From Nitrospirota bacterium (lineage in GTDB: Bacteria > Nitrospirota > UBA9217), in the NCBI GenBank assembly GCA_963845065.1, contig CAWJQQ010000001.1:32001-96000 (forward strand): a stretch of 64,000 nt of DNA, given 5' to 3'. The notes under the pieces are model-generated. The model was not told where the DNA came from, did not search any database, and saw only the letters and a list, made by a program, of their open reading frames with translations. The position numbers and the translations under genes are program-made. How positions within the stretch are numbered: the stretch's first letter is position 1; every line of letters begins with the position of its first letter. This document shows, one piece after another, positions 33,750 through 42,680 of the stretch.

Positions 33750-34150
33750 TGGATTTGGTAAAGATACACCGACCTTCAAGAAAGGGGAAAAAGCAAGAAA
33801 CGGCACGCGAACGGCGCATCTCCATGGAGATCGTCGTGGACGCATATGATGCCTGGGAGCAGGCAATTGGATGGTACTACTACATGGAGGACAATCTAAA
33901 GTTCCCGTTTCCGGCAGTGTGTATCAGAAAAAGAGCTATATCACCGCTGAAGCTCAGAGAGAAAGTGGAGGTTGTGGGAATGCCATCAGTGAACGAGTGC
34001 GAGAGGGAACTGTTCGTGGCCATCGCCTGGAACGATCGACGATTTGCGGTTCCGCTTGACCAGCTGCAGTGTGAATGCCATGACCGAAAAACAAAACAGG
34101 CTGTGGAAGACTGGCATTACTGGAGGAAGCAGGGTTATCAGTTTGGATAA
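33749..34150 (+). CDS. CcbP-like 'calcium-binding' family protein
   Basis: IVVDAY..EQAIGWYYY..LKFPF and AVPLDQL..AVEDWHYW motifs; TGATG coupling. Confidence 0.75.
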   Translation: MDLVKIHRPSRKGKKQETARERRISMEIVVDAYDAWEQAIGWYYYMEDNLKFPFPAVCIRKRAISPLKLREKVEVVGMPSVNECERELFVAIAWNDRRFAVPLDQLQCECHDRKTKQAVEDWHYWRKQGYQFG

Positions 34151-34193
34151 TGCCGGATACGCTGCTACAGGATTCGTGCAATAGGATACTTTC

Positions 34194-34610
34194 ATGAATT
34201 ATAAAGCGGCACGAGTACGCATCGCCAAGGTTTTCAATCAGGAGGAGGCTCCCGAGGTAAGCAGGGAAAGCCTGCAGGTCTATCGCTCCTATTTGCTTTC
34301 CCGCCTAGACAGACAAACTGTCCTCACCGGACGCGAAGATTTTCTCTGGGAGGAGTTCTACGTATTGGGTCCAGGCGACAGGACAGAATACGAGCAGTTA
34401 AAGAAAAATAGAGCATCATATACCGATACGTTCCTGTTGATTGATATTCCTGAAAGGCAGGCGGAAAAGCGTGATTTGATCGCGAGGGTGAAACGCTTGT
34501 CAGATGGGAAAACATTCGATATCGGCCTGTATTGGTTGACAGCAAAAAAGAAAAAGACGGAAACCTTTCAGTTGCTTGACGATTTTGCGACATGGTCGGT
34601 TAATTGGTAA
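34194..34610 (+). CDS. Second CcbP-like protein
   Basis: LTGREDF.WEE.YV.GPG..EYE.LKK...SYTD, and LLDDF..W..NW. Confidence 0.6.
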   Translation: MNYKAARVRIAKVFNQEEAPEVSRESLQVYRSYLLSRLDRQTVLTGREDFLWEEFYVLGPGDRTEYEQLKKNRASYTDTFLLIDIPERQAEKRDLIARVKRLSDGKTFDIGLYWLTAKKKKTETFQLLDDFATWSVNW

Positions 34611-34884
34611 AGAGGGAGCAAGTGATATGTCAAGGCTGTAGTGAACGCGAGAAGAAATTGAAGGTATCATCCTGAAACTTGCTTCCGAAATGGACCTCGG
34701 AAATATTCTTGAGCTTCATTGATGCCGTTCAGAAATAGGGTTATACATAACGATAGATACAGGCTAGCCTGAATTTGTATTACTTAACGATTTGTACTCT
34801 TGTGCGAGGTAAGACGTAGCACAAAATAAAAGACCCGACACGTAAGTCTTCCATAAATCTCCCAGACGAGGCTTTTCAGATCAG

Positions 34885-36816
34885 ATGAAGTTAGCGTGGG
34901 GAAAGGAACAATATTATCGCGAGGAAAAAGCTTTGAACGCATCCCATTCCGAAACACCATCACAACGCAATATCTCGATACATCATGCCCTCCAGATGGT
35001 TTTTGGATTTAATTCATTTCGGCCGAACCAAGAAGATATCATCAAGTCGATCCTCGAGAAGCGGGATGTCTTCGCCGTCATGCCGACGGGTGGCGGCAAA
35101 TCAATGTGCTACCAGCTTCCGTCGGTGCTGATGGAGGGGACAGCTGTTGTGATCAGTCCTCTAATCTCCCTGATGAAAGACCAGGTGGATGCGGCAAAGG
35201 AAAACGGCATCGTGGCTGCGTTCATGAACAGCTCGCTCGATGCGGATGAGATGTCATCCGTTATCCGCAGGCTCAAGGCCAATACGATCAAGCTCCTTTA
35301 CATCGCGCCCGAGCGGTTCGCCATGCCGCATTTCGTGGAGATGCTGAAAGAACTGCCCTTGTCGCTTTTTGCCATTGATGAGGCACATTGCATATCGGAG
35401 TGGGGACATGACTTTAGACCTGATTACCTCTCCCTGTCGGGCATCTCTGCCATGTTCCCTGGCGTTCCCGTTGCCGCCTTTACGGCCACAGCAACAGAAA
35501 AGGTGCAACTGGACATCATTCGGAAGATCGGCCTGAGGAACCCTCATTGCGTGAGAGCATCCTTCAATCGTCCCAACCTCTTATATCAGGTTGCCCCGAA
35601 AACTGAGCTTTCTCAGCAACTCCTCGAATTTCTGAAGGACCATGAGGGTGAAGCCGGCATTATTTACCGCACCACGAGAGACTCAGTCACAGCGACCGCC
35701 GATTTCCTTTCGACCCACGGCATAAAGGCGCTTCCCTACCATGCTGGATTATCGGCGGATGTACGTGACAGGAACCAGGAAGCTTTCAACAGGGATGAGG
35801 TCTCGGTTATCGTCGCTACGATCGCCTTCGGCATGGGCATCGACAAGTCCAATGTCCGGTTCGTGGTACACGCCGATCTTCCGAAACATATCGAGGCCTA
35901 CTATCAGGAGACGGGTCGCGCCGGGCGCGACGGAGAACCGGCTCATTGCCTGCTTTTTTTCAGCCGTGGCGACATCCCGAGGATACGCTATTTTATCGAC
36001 AAAATAGGGGATGATGCCGAGCGATCAATCGCCCTTGAGAAACTGAACCAGACTGTGCGCTTCGCCTCCCATAATGTTTGCAGACGAAAACAGCTTCTCG
36101 CTTTTTTCGGTGAAACCTATCCCGCAGACAACTGCGGCACCTGCGACATCTGCACCGGCAACGTCAATAGAACAGACATCACGACCGATGCGCGGATACT
36201 CATGTCCGCCATGGCGCGGACGAATGAACGCTTCGGCATCAACCATGTCATGGATGTCGTCATCGGCGCGGACACAAAGCGCGTGCGTGAACTCGGGCAT
36301 CACGCCATCAAGACCTTCGGAGCGGGCAGACACGGTGACAAAAACCACTGGCGGTTCATTATCGACGAACTTCTTGCACAAGAATTGATCGTTCAGGACG
36401 GCGATCGCTACCCGGTGCTGAAACTTACGACCAGGGGCAGGGCTGCGCTCACAGGAACGGATCAGGTTTTTGGGTTGAAACGCGAAGTGGGGACTGTCGC
36501 CGAGCGACGCAGGAAAAGCACTGAGGCCGGTCCATTTGATGTTTCGCTTTTTGAGAGGCTTCGGATTGTTCGAAAACGTCTTGCCGAGGCCAACGAAGTA
36601 CCTCCGTATATTATATTTTCAGATAAGACCCTTCATGAAATGTCTCGACAATTTCCCGTTACTTCCGCCGAAATGAGGCGGGTTCATGGGGTTGGCGACG
36701 TCAAACTGGAGCGGTATGGTGATGATTTTGTTAGGGAGATAAAAGCATACGTTGACGATAATCCCGGCATTCAAGACCGGAGTAAGCGAATGAGTGGCAA
36801 AGAGCGAAGACCATGA
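34885..36816 (+). CDS. recQ: ATP-dependent DNA helicase RecQ (start may be ~34933)
   Basis: MPTGGGKS, DEAH, WGHDFRP, QETGRAGRDG; Zn/RQC and HRDC domains. Confidence 0.95.
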   Translation: MKLAWGKEQYYREEKALNASHSETPSQRNISIHHALQMVFGFNSFRPNQEDIIKSILEKRDVFAVMPTGGGKSMCYQLPSVLMEGTAVVISPLISLMKDQVDAAKENGIVAAFMNSSLDADEMSSVIRRLKANTIKLLYIAPERFAMPHFVEMLKELPLSLFAIDEAHCISEWGHDFRPDYLSLSGISAMFPGVPVAAFTATATEKVQLDIIRKIGLRNPHCVRASFNRPNLLYQVAPKTELSQQLLEFLKDHEGEAGIIYRTTRDSVTATADFLSTHGIKALPYHAGLSADVRDRNQEAFNRDEVSVIVATIAFGMGIDKSNVRFVVHADLPKHIEAYYQETGRAGRDGEPAHCLLFFSRGDIPRIRYFIDKIGDDAERSIALEKLNQTVRFASHNVCRRKQLLAFFGETYPADNCGTCDICTGNVNRTDITTDARILMSAMARTNERFGINHVMDVVIGADTKRVRELGHHAIKTFGAGRHGDKNHWRFIIDELLAQELIVQDGDRYPVLKLTTRGRAALTGTDQVFGLKREVGTVAERRRKSTEAGPFDVSLFERLRIVRKRLAEANEVPPYIIFSDKTLHEMSRQFPVTSAEMRRVHGVGDVKLERYGDDFVREIKAYVDDNPGIQDRSKRMSGKERRP

Positions 36817-36962
36817 GATTAGGTAGATATAGGGGTACTAAGATACACGTTTATCTATTGATTAATTTGTTTGACCAAAAGCCTTTCAACTCCGCAAGCC
36901 CCTGGCTTTAGACATGGGGATAGGAGTTGTATTATACAACTATTTGCTGTATAATATGCTGT

Positions 36963-37367
36963 ATGATTGATAAAAAGACGTATAAGTCCAATAATAATGT
37001 AGTTTACAGCTGTAAATATCATGTTGTGTGGTGTCCTAAGTACCGGAAGAGCGTGTTGACCGGCAGTATCGCCGGACGGTTGAAAGCAATTATCAGGGAT
37101 GTGGTTTCCGAGAGAAAATCTGAAATTATTGAGATGGAGATAATGCCGGATCACGTACATTTACTTGTAGAGGTTGATCCGCAGTATGGCATTCATCGGC
37201 TAGTCAAGCAGATAAAGGGCAGAAGCTCCAGACTGCTTCGTTCAGAATTCAAGGTTCTCCGGACCCGGATTCCAACACTTTGGACCAACAGCTACTTTGT
37301 TTCTACCGTTGGTGGGGCGCCGTTGGCAGTTATCAAACAATATATTGAACACCAGAAAGTTGTTTAA
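36963..37367 (+). CDS. tnpA: IS200/IS605 Y1 transposase
   Basis: YHVVWCPKYR, HUH motif DHVH, catalytic Y in KQYIEHQ. Confidence 0.95.
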   Translation: MIDKKTYKSNNNVVYSCKYHVVWCPKYRKSVLTGSIAGRLKAIIRDVVSERKSEIIEMEIMPDHVHLLVEVDPQYGIHRLVKQIKGRSSRLLRSEFKVLRTRIPTLWTNSYFVSTVGGAPLAVIKQYIEHQKVV

Positions 37368-37379
37368 TCAGGGAGTTGT

Positions 37380-38897
37380 ATGGGAAAGAAAACAACACCA
37401 TCGTTTATCCATGAATTGTCTCTTCTGGTCAGTACATCTCAGGAGAGGATACTCCTCATGCGCATGGACGTGGCCCGGCAACTTTACAATGCCTGTCTCG
37501 GCGAATCTCTCAAACGCCTGGATCTCATGCGGGAATCCAAGCAATATCAAAAGGCACGCATTATACCCTATAAGGATAAGGGATTGCGTTCCAATGCATT
37601 TAAGGCTGTGAATGAGAAGTTCGGTTTTTCAGCATACAGCTTGCACAAGTATGCTGGCGCGGCAAAGAACGCCTGCCATATCGGTGATCACCTGGATGTT
37701 CATACTGTCCAGAAAATCGCCACCCGGGCGTTTGATGCTGTCCAAAAATATGCGTTCAATAAAAGAGGCAGACCAAGGTTCAAAGGCAAGCATCAACTCT
37801 TAAGTGTTGAATCCAAGAGCAACGCCGCTGGCATACGTTTCCGCACAGACGAAAAGCAAAGCCGTATCGAGTGGATTGGTCTTGAACTGCCCTGCTTATT
37901 CGACAAAAAAGACAAGCATGGCGTGCAGGCCCACGCCCTTTCCTGTAGGACAAAATATGTAAGGCTGGTCTGCAGGCGGATGCGCAGTAAAAACTACTTC
38001 TACGCCCAGCTAGTGCAGGAAGGGCTGCCGAAGCAGAAAACCAAAAACATCATCTCTGATGGTACAATCGCCCTGGATCTCGGCCCGTCTACGTATGCTA
38101 TTTATACTCATGGCTACGCCGATCTTCAGCAGTTTTGTAAAGAGCTGGAACCGCTCGAAAAGACCATTAAACGATTGCAACGGGCGCTCGATCGGTCACG
38201 AAGGGCCACAAACTCTGGGAATTATAACGCCGATGGCACAGTTAAAAAGGGTGCCAAGACTTGGACCAATTCAAAGAACTATCAGACGATACGGACCGCA
38301 GTATCAGAACTTCACCGGAAACAAGCCGCGCAGAGAAAATCTCTTCATGGCAAGCTAACCAATGAAGTTTTAACACTGGGAAATCACATTAATCTTGAAA
38401 CACTAAGCTACAAATCATTGCAGCGCAATTTTGGTAAAAGCGTGGGCTTAAGGGCACCGGGAACCTTTGTATCAATGCTTTCTCGCAAGGCTGAGAGTGC
38501 CGGCGGAAAAGTGATTGAACTCCCGACTCGAAAACTCAGGCTGTCTCAAACCTGCCATTGCGGAACAGTAAAGAAAAAACCGCTCTCGCAGCGGCAACAT
38601 GTTTGTGAATGCGGAGTAGCAGCCCAACGGGACCTCTATTCCGCATATCTTGCGTATCACGTTCAAGACGGTGTTCTCGATACGGCTGAGGCAAGTAGAT
38701 ACTGGCCGGGTGCGGAACCGCTCCTTAAGCAGGCGGTATCGAGATTGCAGCAGCAATCTGCGAATGTGAGGAGTGCTTTTCCTCACACCTTCGGTCTCAA
38801 ACAACGTACTCGTTTGGGCCGGAGACAGAGCGGATCGCCTGTGAAAGAAGACCATGCCAAGATCGATGTCCGGGAAGTTGTAGCTGCTGGCATTTAA
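37380..38897 (+). CDS. tnpB: TnpB RNA-guided nuclease
   Basis: RuvC motifs ALDLG, LETL and QRDLYSA; CHC...CEC zinc motif. Confidence 0.9.
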   Translation: MGKKTTPSFIHELSLLVSTSQERILLMRMDVARQLYNACLGESLKRLDLMRESKQYQKARIIPYKDKGLRSNAFKAVNEKFGFSAYSLHKYAGAAKNACHIGDHLDVHTVQKIATRAFDAVQKYAFNKRGRPRFKGKHQLLSVESKSNAAGIRFRTDEKQSRIEWIGLELPCLFDKKDKHGVQAHALSCRTKYVRLVCRRMRSKNYFYAQLVQEGLPKQKTKNIISDGTIALDLGPSTYAIYTHGYADLQQFCKELEPLEKTIKRLQRALDRSRRATNSGNYNADGTVKKGAKTWTNSKNYQTIRTAVSELHRKQAAQRKSLHGKLTNEVLTLGNHINLETLSYKSLQRNFGKSVGLRAPGTFVSMLSRKAESAGGKVIELPTRKLRLSQTCHCGTVKKKPLSQRQHVCECGVAAQRDLYSAYLAYHVQDGVLDTAEASRYWPGAEPLLKQAVSRLQQQSANVRSAFPHTFGLKQRTRLGRRQSGSPVKEDHAKIDVREVVAAGI

Positions 38898-39044
38898 GGT
38901 AGTGAAAGGTTGTAGCGGCTGGCCTTTGCAGTCGTGAGAGCCCGGAAGAGTAAATTGGATAAGGTTTTCAGAACCCCCTGGCTTCAGCCATGGGGAGGTT
39001 CAGATAATATTAGATGTGACATATGTTATTGGCAAGGTGTTGCC

Positions 39045-39350
39045 ATGAAAAAAGAAAAGATGAAAAATAAGGATGAAATCTTAAAAGTGCTCAAATCACT
39101 TCAAAGTGAACTTAAGAAATTCAAAGTGCGCGATATCGGTATTTTTGGCTCCGTGGTTCGGGGAGAACATACGCAGACGAGCGATATAGACCTTCTCGTT
39201 GACTTCGCAGATGATGCAGACCTTTTCGACCTCGTGGGTCTCGGACTGTTTCTCGAAGAAAAGCTCGGCCAGAAGGTGGATATAGTACCGAAGAAGTCCT
39301 TGAGAAAGGAACTTAGGGACAGGGTGCTCAAGGAAATCGTAACGGTATGA
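39045..39350 (+). CDS. mntA: MNT minimal nucleotidyltransferase antitoxin
   Basis: IFGSVVRG...SDIDLLVD motif. Confidence 0.88.
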   Translation: MKKEKMKNKDEILKVLKSLQSELKKFKVRDIGIFGSVVRGEHTQTSDIDLLVDFADDADLFDLVGLGLFLEEKLGQKVDIVPKKSLRKELRDRVLKEIVTV

Positions 39351-39627
39351 GAGAGTATAAACTATATCTACTCGACATTGTGGAAGCTATGGAGAGCGTC
39401 GAGCGCTTTGTCGAAGGAATGACCTTTGAGGAATTTCAGCGCGATGACACATCCCAGAGGAAATCAAACGACAATATCCCAATGTACCTTGGAAAGAGAT
39501 GTCAGGTATGAGGGACCGGCTGATTCATGCTTATTTCGGAGTGGATTACAGTCTTGTTTGGATCACCATTAAAAGTCGCATTTCGCTTGCAAAGCAGATG
39601 ATTCAAAAAGTTCTCTCTGAAAAATGA
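39347..39627 (+). pseudogene. HEPN/DUF86 (HepT) toxin with an internal deletion and frameshift
   Basis: YLLDIVEA...F in one frame and VPWKEMSGMRDRLIHAYFGVD (RxxxxH) in another; the central helix is missing. Confidence 0.8.
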
Positions 39628-39784
39628 AAATCCGTTCTCTTTTAATAGTCGCTATGCGTTAAAAATGTTTAAACACGTTGAATGGAATATTTTTTTGACG
39701 ATGTTACTCCTGCCTTATTGCACTTGAACCCGTATCATAAAGCGGCCTACTCTCCTTGATATTATTTAAAAATTTGTATTGCTT

Positions 39785-40091
39785 TCCTGTTTGTGTCCTG
39801 CAAACGAAAAAAGCATTTGTGTATGATATGAATCTTTGCTTGGACGAAAAGGGTGACACTAGTGGATCCCCTTAAGATTTCATAAGCCGAAGTGATCCTT
39901 CGGATGATTTGTCATGTTTTCATATTTCCGATAGACTCTTGAGTTGCATGGACTGTGAGGAAAATAGTACCCCTTAAGGCTCATAACCCGAAGGTCGAAG
40001 GTAAGAATCCGGCCCTCGCTACCAAATAATTCATGGGGTTACAGCTCTTACTGTAACCCCGTTCTTTTTTATCAGGACGGTATCAGGACAG
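39785..40091 (+). other. Composite att junction B2: arm repeat, degenerate core, tRNA-fMet 3' half (39978-40024), terminator, inverted arm repeat
   Basis: TCCTGTTTGTGTCCTG ... CCTTAAGATTTCATAAGCCGAAG ... GGCTCATAACCCGAAGGTCG...CGCTACCA, GGGGTTACAG/CTGTAACCCC, ATCAGGACGGTATCAGGACAG. Confidence 0.8.
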
Positions 40092-40668
40092 TTTAAGGAC
40101 AGATAGAAACCCTCGCGGTTCAGCCATCCTGTCCGCAAATTTCTCCTACATGTTATCAACAGTACATATCGTAAAAATTGCTATCCGCTCATTAAAGATT
40201 TTACAAAAAAAGCGCTGTTAATGTGTCAGTAAGACCGGCTGAATCATGTAGAAACGCTAATGTTCTAAAATCTTCGATCGTAGCTTCTATCGAGTACCTG
40301 TGAATCCTTTTCTTCTCCATTTCCAGCTAATTACCGCTCCCTGAGATGAGTCTTATATTATGGCTTGATAAATCCATCCTTGCGGTAAGCTATTTTATAG
40401 CTGCCGCATCATTATTGAGTTAAAATATAGCCAGATCTTCGGTACGCTTAAAAAAATACTCACATTCTCGAATCAATCCGATAGGTTTAATTATCGCCGA
40501 CGCTCATCAATAAACTGTTGACTTACCTTTATGGACATGCTTAAATAATTCAACTTTATTTATTATTTTTTTATTACTGTTTTAGAATGAATAGAAACGA
40601 CGAACTGTATTGGTAAATGTGGTTTCGTAAACTCGATTCCGTCAATTATAATAAATAAGGGAAACGAC

Positions 40669-42102
40669 ATGGACCACGATTATATAAAGTATCTAAAAGA
40701 CCATCCAACCGTTAAGCTCCTCAGGATGGACAATTCACCTCTTATTATCAGTTTCTTTTTTCTTCAATTCAAGAAAAACAACCGAATTGTAATAACGAAT
40801 ACGGAGCTTACGACCAACCTCGCCGATTATCTCTACTCGCTGCGAGAAAAATACGGTGATGCTATATATACCGGTTCCGCGCAGGAGTATCTTACCACGT
40901 GGGCTAATGATGGCTTTCTGCGAAAATACTATCCTTCAGCCGGCGATGAGCCCGTTTACGAGCTTACCCCTGCAACTGAGAAAGCTCTGGACTGGATAAA
41001 AGACCTGGAAAAAAAGGAGTTCGTGGGCACGGAATCGCGCCTGTTGAGTATATTCGATTTGCTGCGGGAGATCGTTTATAAAAGCTCGGTTGATCCACAA
41101 CTAAGGCTTGAAGAGCTGACAAAGCAGAAGCAGGAAATTGATCAGGAAATTACAAAGCTAGAAGCCGGCGTTATCGAGCGGTTGAATGAGACGCAAATCA
41201 AAGAGCGTTTTATTGAAGTCCGCGACGCCGCGCGAAAACTGCTGGCTGATTTCCGGCAGATCGAGTACAACTTCAGGGAACTCGACCGCACAGTTCGCGA
41301 GAAACAGGTAGACAACAGCTTGAAAAAAGGAAAGCTCCTTGATGACGTGTTCAAAGGCCACGACCTTATTCGGGATACGGATCAAGGACGAAGTTTCAGG
41401 GCATTCTGGGAATTTCTGATGTCGCAGGCGAAACAAGACGAATTGGACCAGTTGATCGCGTCCGTAAACGAGCTACCAGAGATCCAGGAACTGAATGATG
41501 ACGAGTTCATTGATCGCCTCAAGGTTGGACTGATAGAGTCAGGAGATAAAGTCAATAAAACCAATCACCGCCTGATTGCACAGCTTAGAAAATATTTGGA
41601 TGACAAAGCCGCTCTCGAAAACAAGCGAATCATTGAGATCATCAGGGAGATCAAGAGCCTGGCCCTTCAGGTGAAGAATGAGCCGCCGAAGCTCAGGGAT
41701 TTTTTTGCGATGGACGGCAAACCGTCCGTAGATCTTATTATGGAGCGACCGCTTTGGGATGTTCCGAAAAATCCTGAGATCGCGGACACAGATTTTATAG
41801 ATGGGCGAGGCGATGCAATAGACGCTGGCATTTTGTACAAACAGATATTCATCGACCAGGAGGAATTGAAGGGACGGATTAAGGAATTGCTGAAGGTAAA
41901 TACGCAAGTATCCCTGCGCCAGATCTCCGAAGCCTACCCAATCGATAAGGGACTTGCAGAGGTTATCACATTCCTGAGCATCGCTTCAAAAGACAAGAAA
42001 GCGGCGATCAACAACGCAGTTCAGGAAAGCATCTCCGTGTCAAACAGGGAGACGAATCGGAAATTCGAGATCAATCTGCCGCAGGTGGTATTTTGTCGAT
42101 GA
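40669..42102 (+). CDS. jetA: Wadjet JetA (DUF3375)
   Basis: WANDGFL, YELTP, FVGTESRL, SFRAFWEFL and GLAEVI motifs; first gene of the four-gene operon. Confidence 0.88.
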   Translation: MDHDYIKYLKDHPTVKLLRMDNSPLIISFFFLQFKKNNRIVITNTELTTNLADYLYSLREKYGDAIYTGSAQEYLTTWANDGFLRKYYPSAGDEPVYELTPATEKALDWIKDLEKKEFVGTESRLLSIFDLLREIVYKSSVDPQLRLEELTKQKQEIDQEITKLEAGVIERLNETQIKERFIEVRDAARKLLADFRQIEYNFRELDRTVREKQVDNSLKKGKLLDDVFKGHDLIRDTDQGRSFRAFWEFLMSQAKQDELDQLIASVNELPEIQELNDDEFIDRLKVGLIESGDKVNKTNHRLIAQLRKYLDDKAALENKRIIEIIREIKSLALQVKNEPPKLRDFFAMDGKPSVDLIMERPLWDVPKNPEIADTDFIDGRGDAIDAGILYKQIFIDQEELKGRIKELLKVNTQVSLRQISEAYPIDKGLAEVITFLSIASKDKKAAINNAVQESISVSNRETNRKFEINLPQVVFCR

Positions 42103-42680
42103 TGGACAAAAACTCCATACTACCTTATGCGCCTGTGATTATACGGCTTCTTCAGGGCGTGGCTTATGACGACAACCGGGAATTATGGAATGCGCTGATT
42201 GACCATCAGGTTCAGATCAAGGAATATTTTGATATCATCGGCGTCGATGTCCTGATTTATGAATCGGAAGGCTTTGCATTTTTGAAACAACGGCAGACCG
42301 ATGAAGACGCTGAAGTAGTCCTTCCCAATCTTATCGAAAGACGGCAACTCAGCTACCCGGTGACTCTTCTCTGCGTTCTCCTCGTTGAAAAATTGCTTGA
42401 ATTCGATGTGCGGGGTGGTGACTCAACAAGGCTTATCATGGACAAGGATGAGATCAAGGAGATGATCAGGATATTCCTTGCCGAGAAGACGAATGAGGCT
42501 CGTTTGTTGGACAGCCTTGATGCACATATTAACAAACTCGTTGAGTTCGGATTTTTGAGGAAACTGACTACATCTGAGGACAAATATGAAGTGAAGCGAA
42601 TATTAAAAGCCAAGATCACAGCCGACGCGCTTCAGGAAATAAAGCAGAGATTGGATACCTATGCAAAATCTAACTCTTGA
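42099..42680 (+). CDS. jetB: Wadjet JetB (DUF4194)
   Basis: LLQG, EGFAFL and YEVKRILKA motifs; operon position. Confidence 0.85.
   Translation: MMDKNSILPYAPVIIRLLQGVAYDDNRELWNALIDHQVQIKEYFDIIGVDVLIYESEGFAFLKQRQTDEDAEVVLPNLIERRQLSYPVTLLCVLLVEKLLEFDVRGGDSTRLIMDKDEIKEMIRIFLAEKTNEARLLDSLDAHINKLVEFGFLRKLTTSEDKYEVKRILKAKITADALQEIKQRLDTYAKSNS

Larger units (their letters stand above)
36876..39003 (+). mobile_element. IS605-type element (tnpA + tnpB)
   Basis: Inserted after TTGAC; matching subterminal hairpins CCCCTGGCTT(T/C)AG(A/C)CATGGGG at both ends; right end TCAG. Confidence 0.9.

Noticed and set aside
39030..39045. Sigma-54 promoter before mntA
   Set aside because: The GG-GC spacing is 9, not 10.
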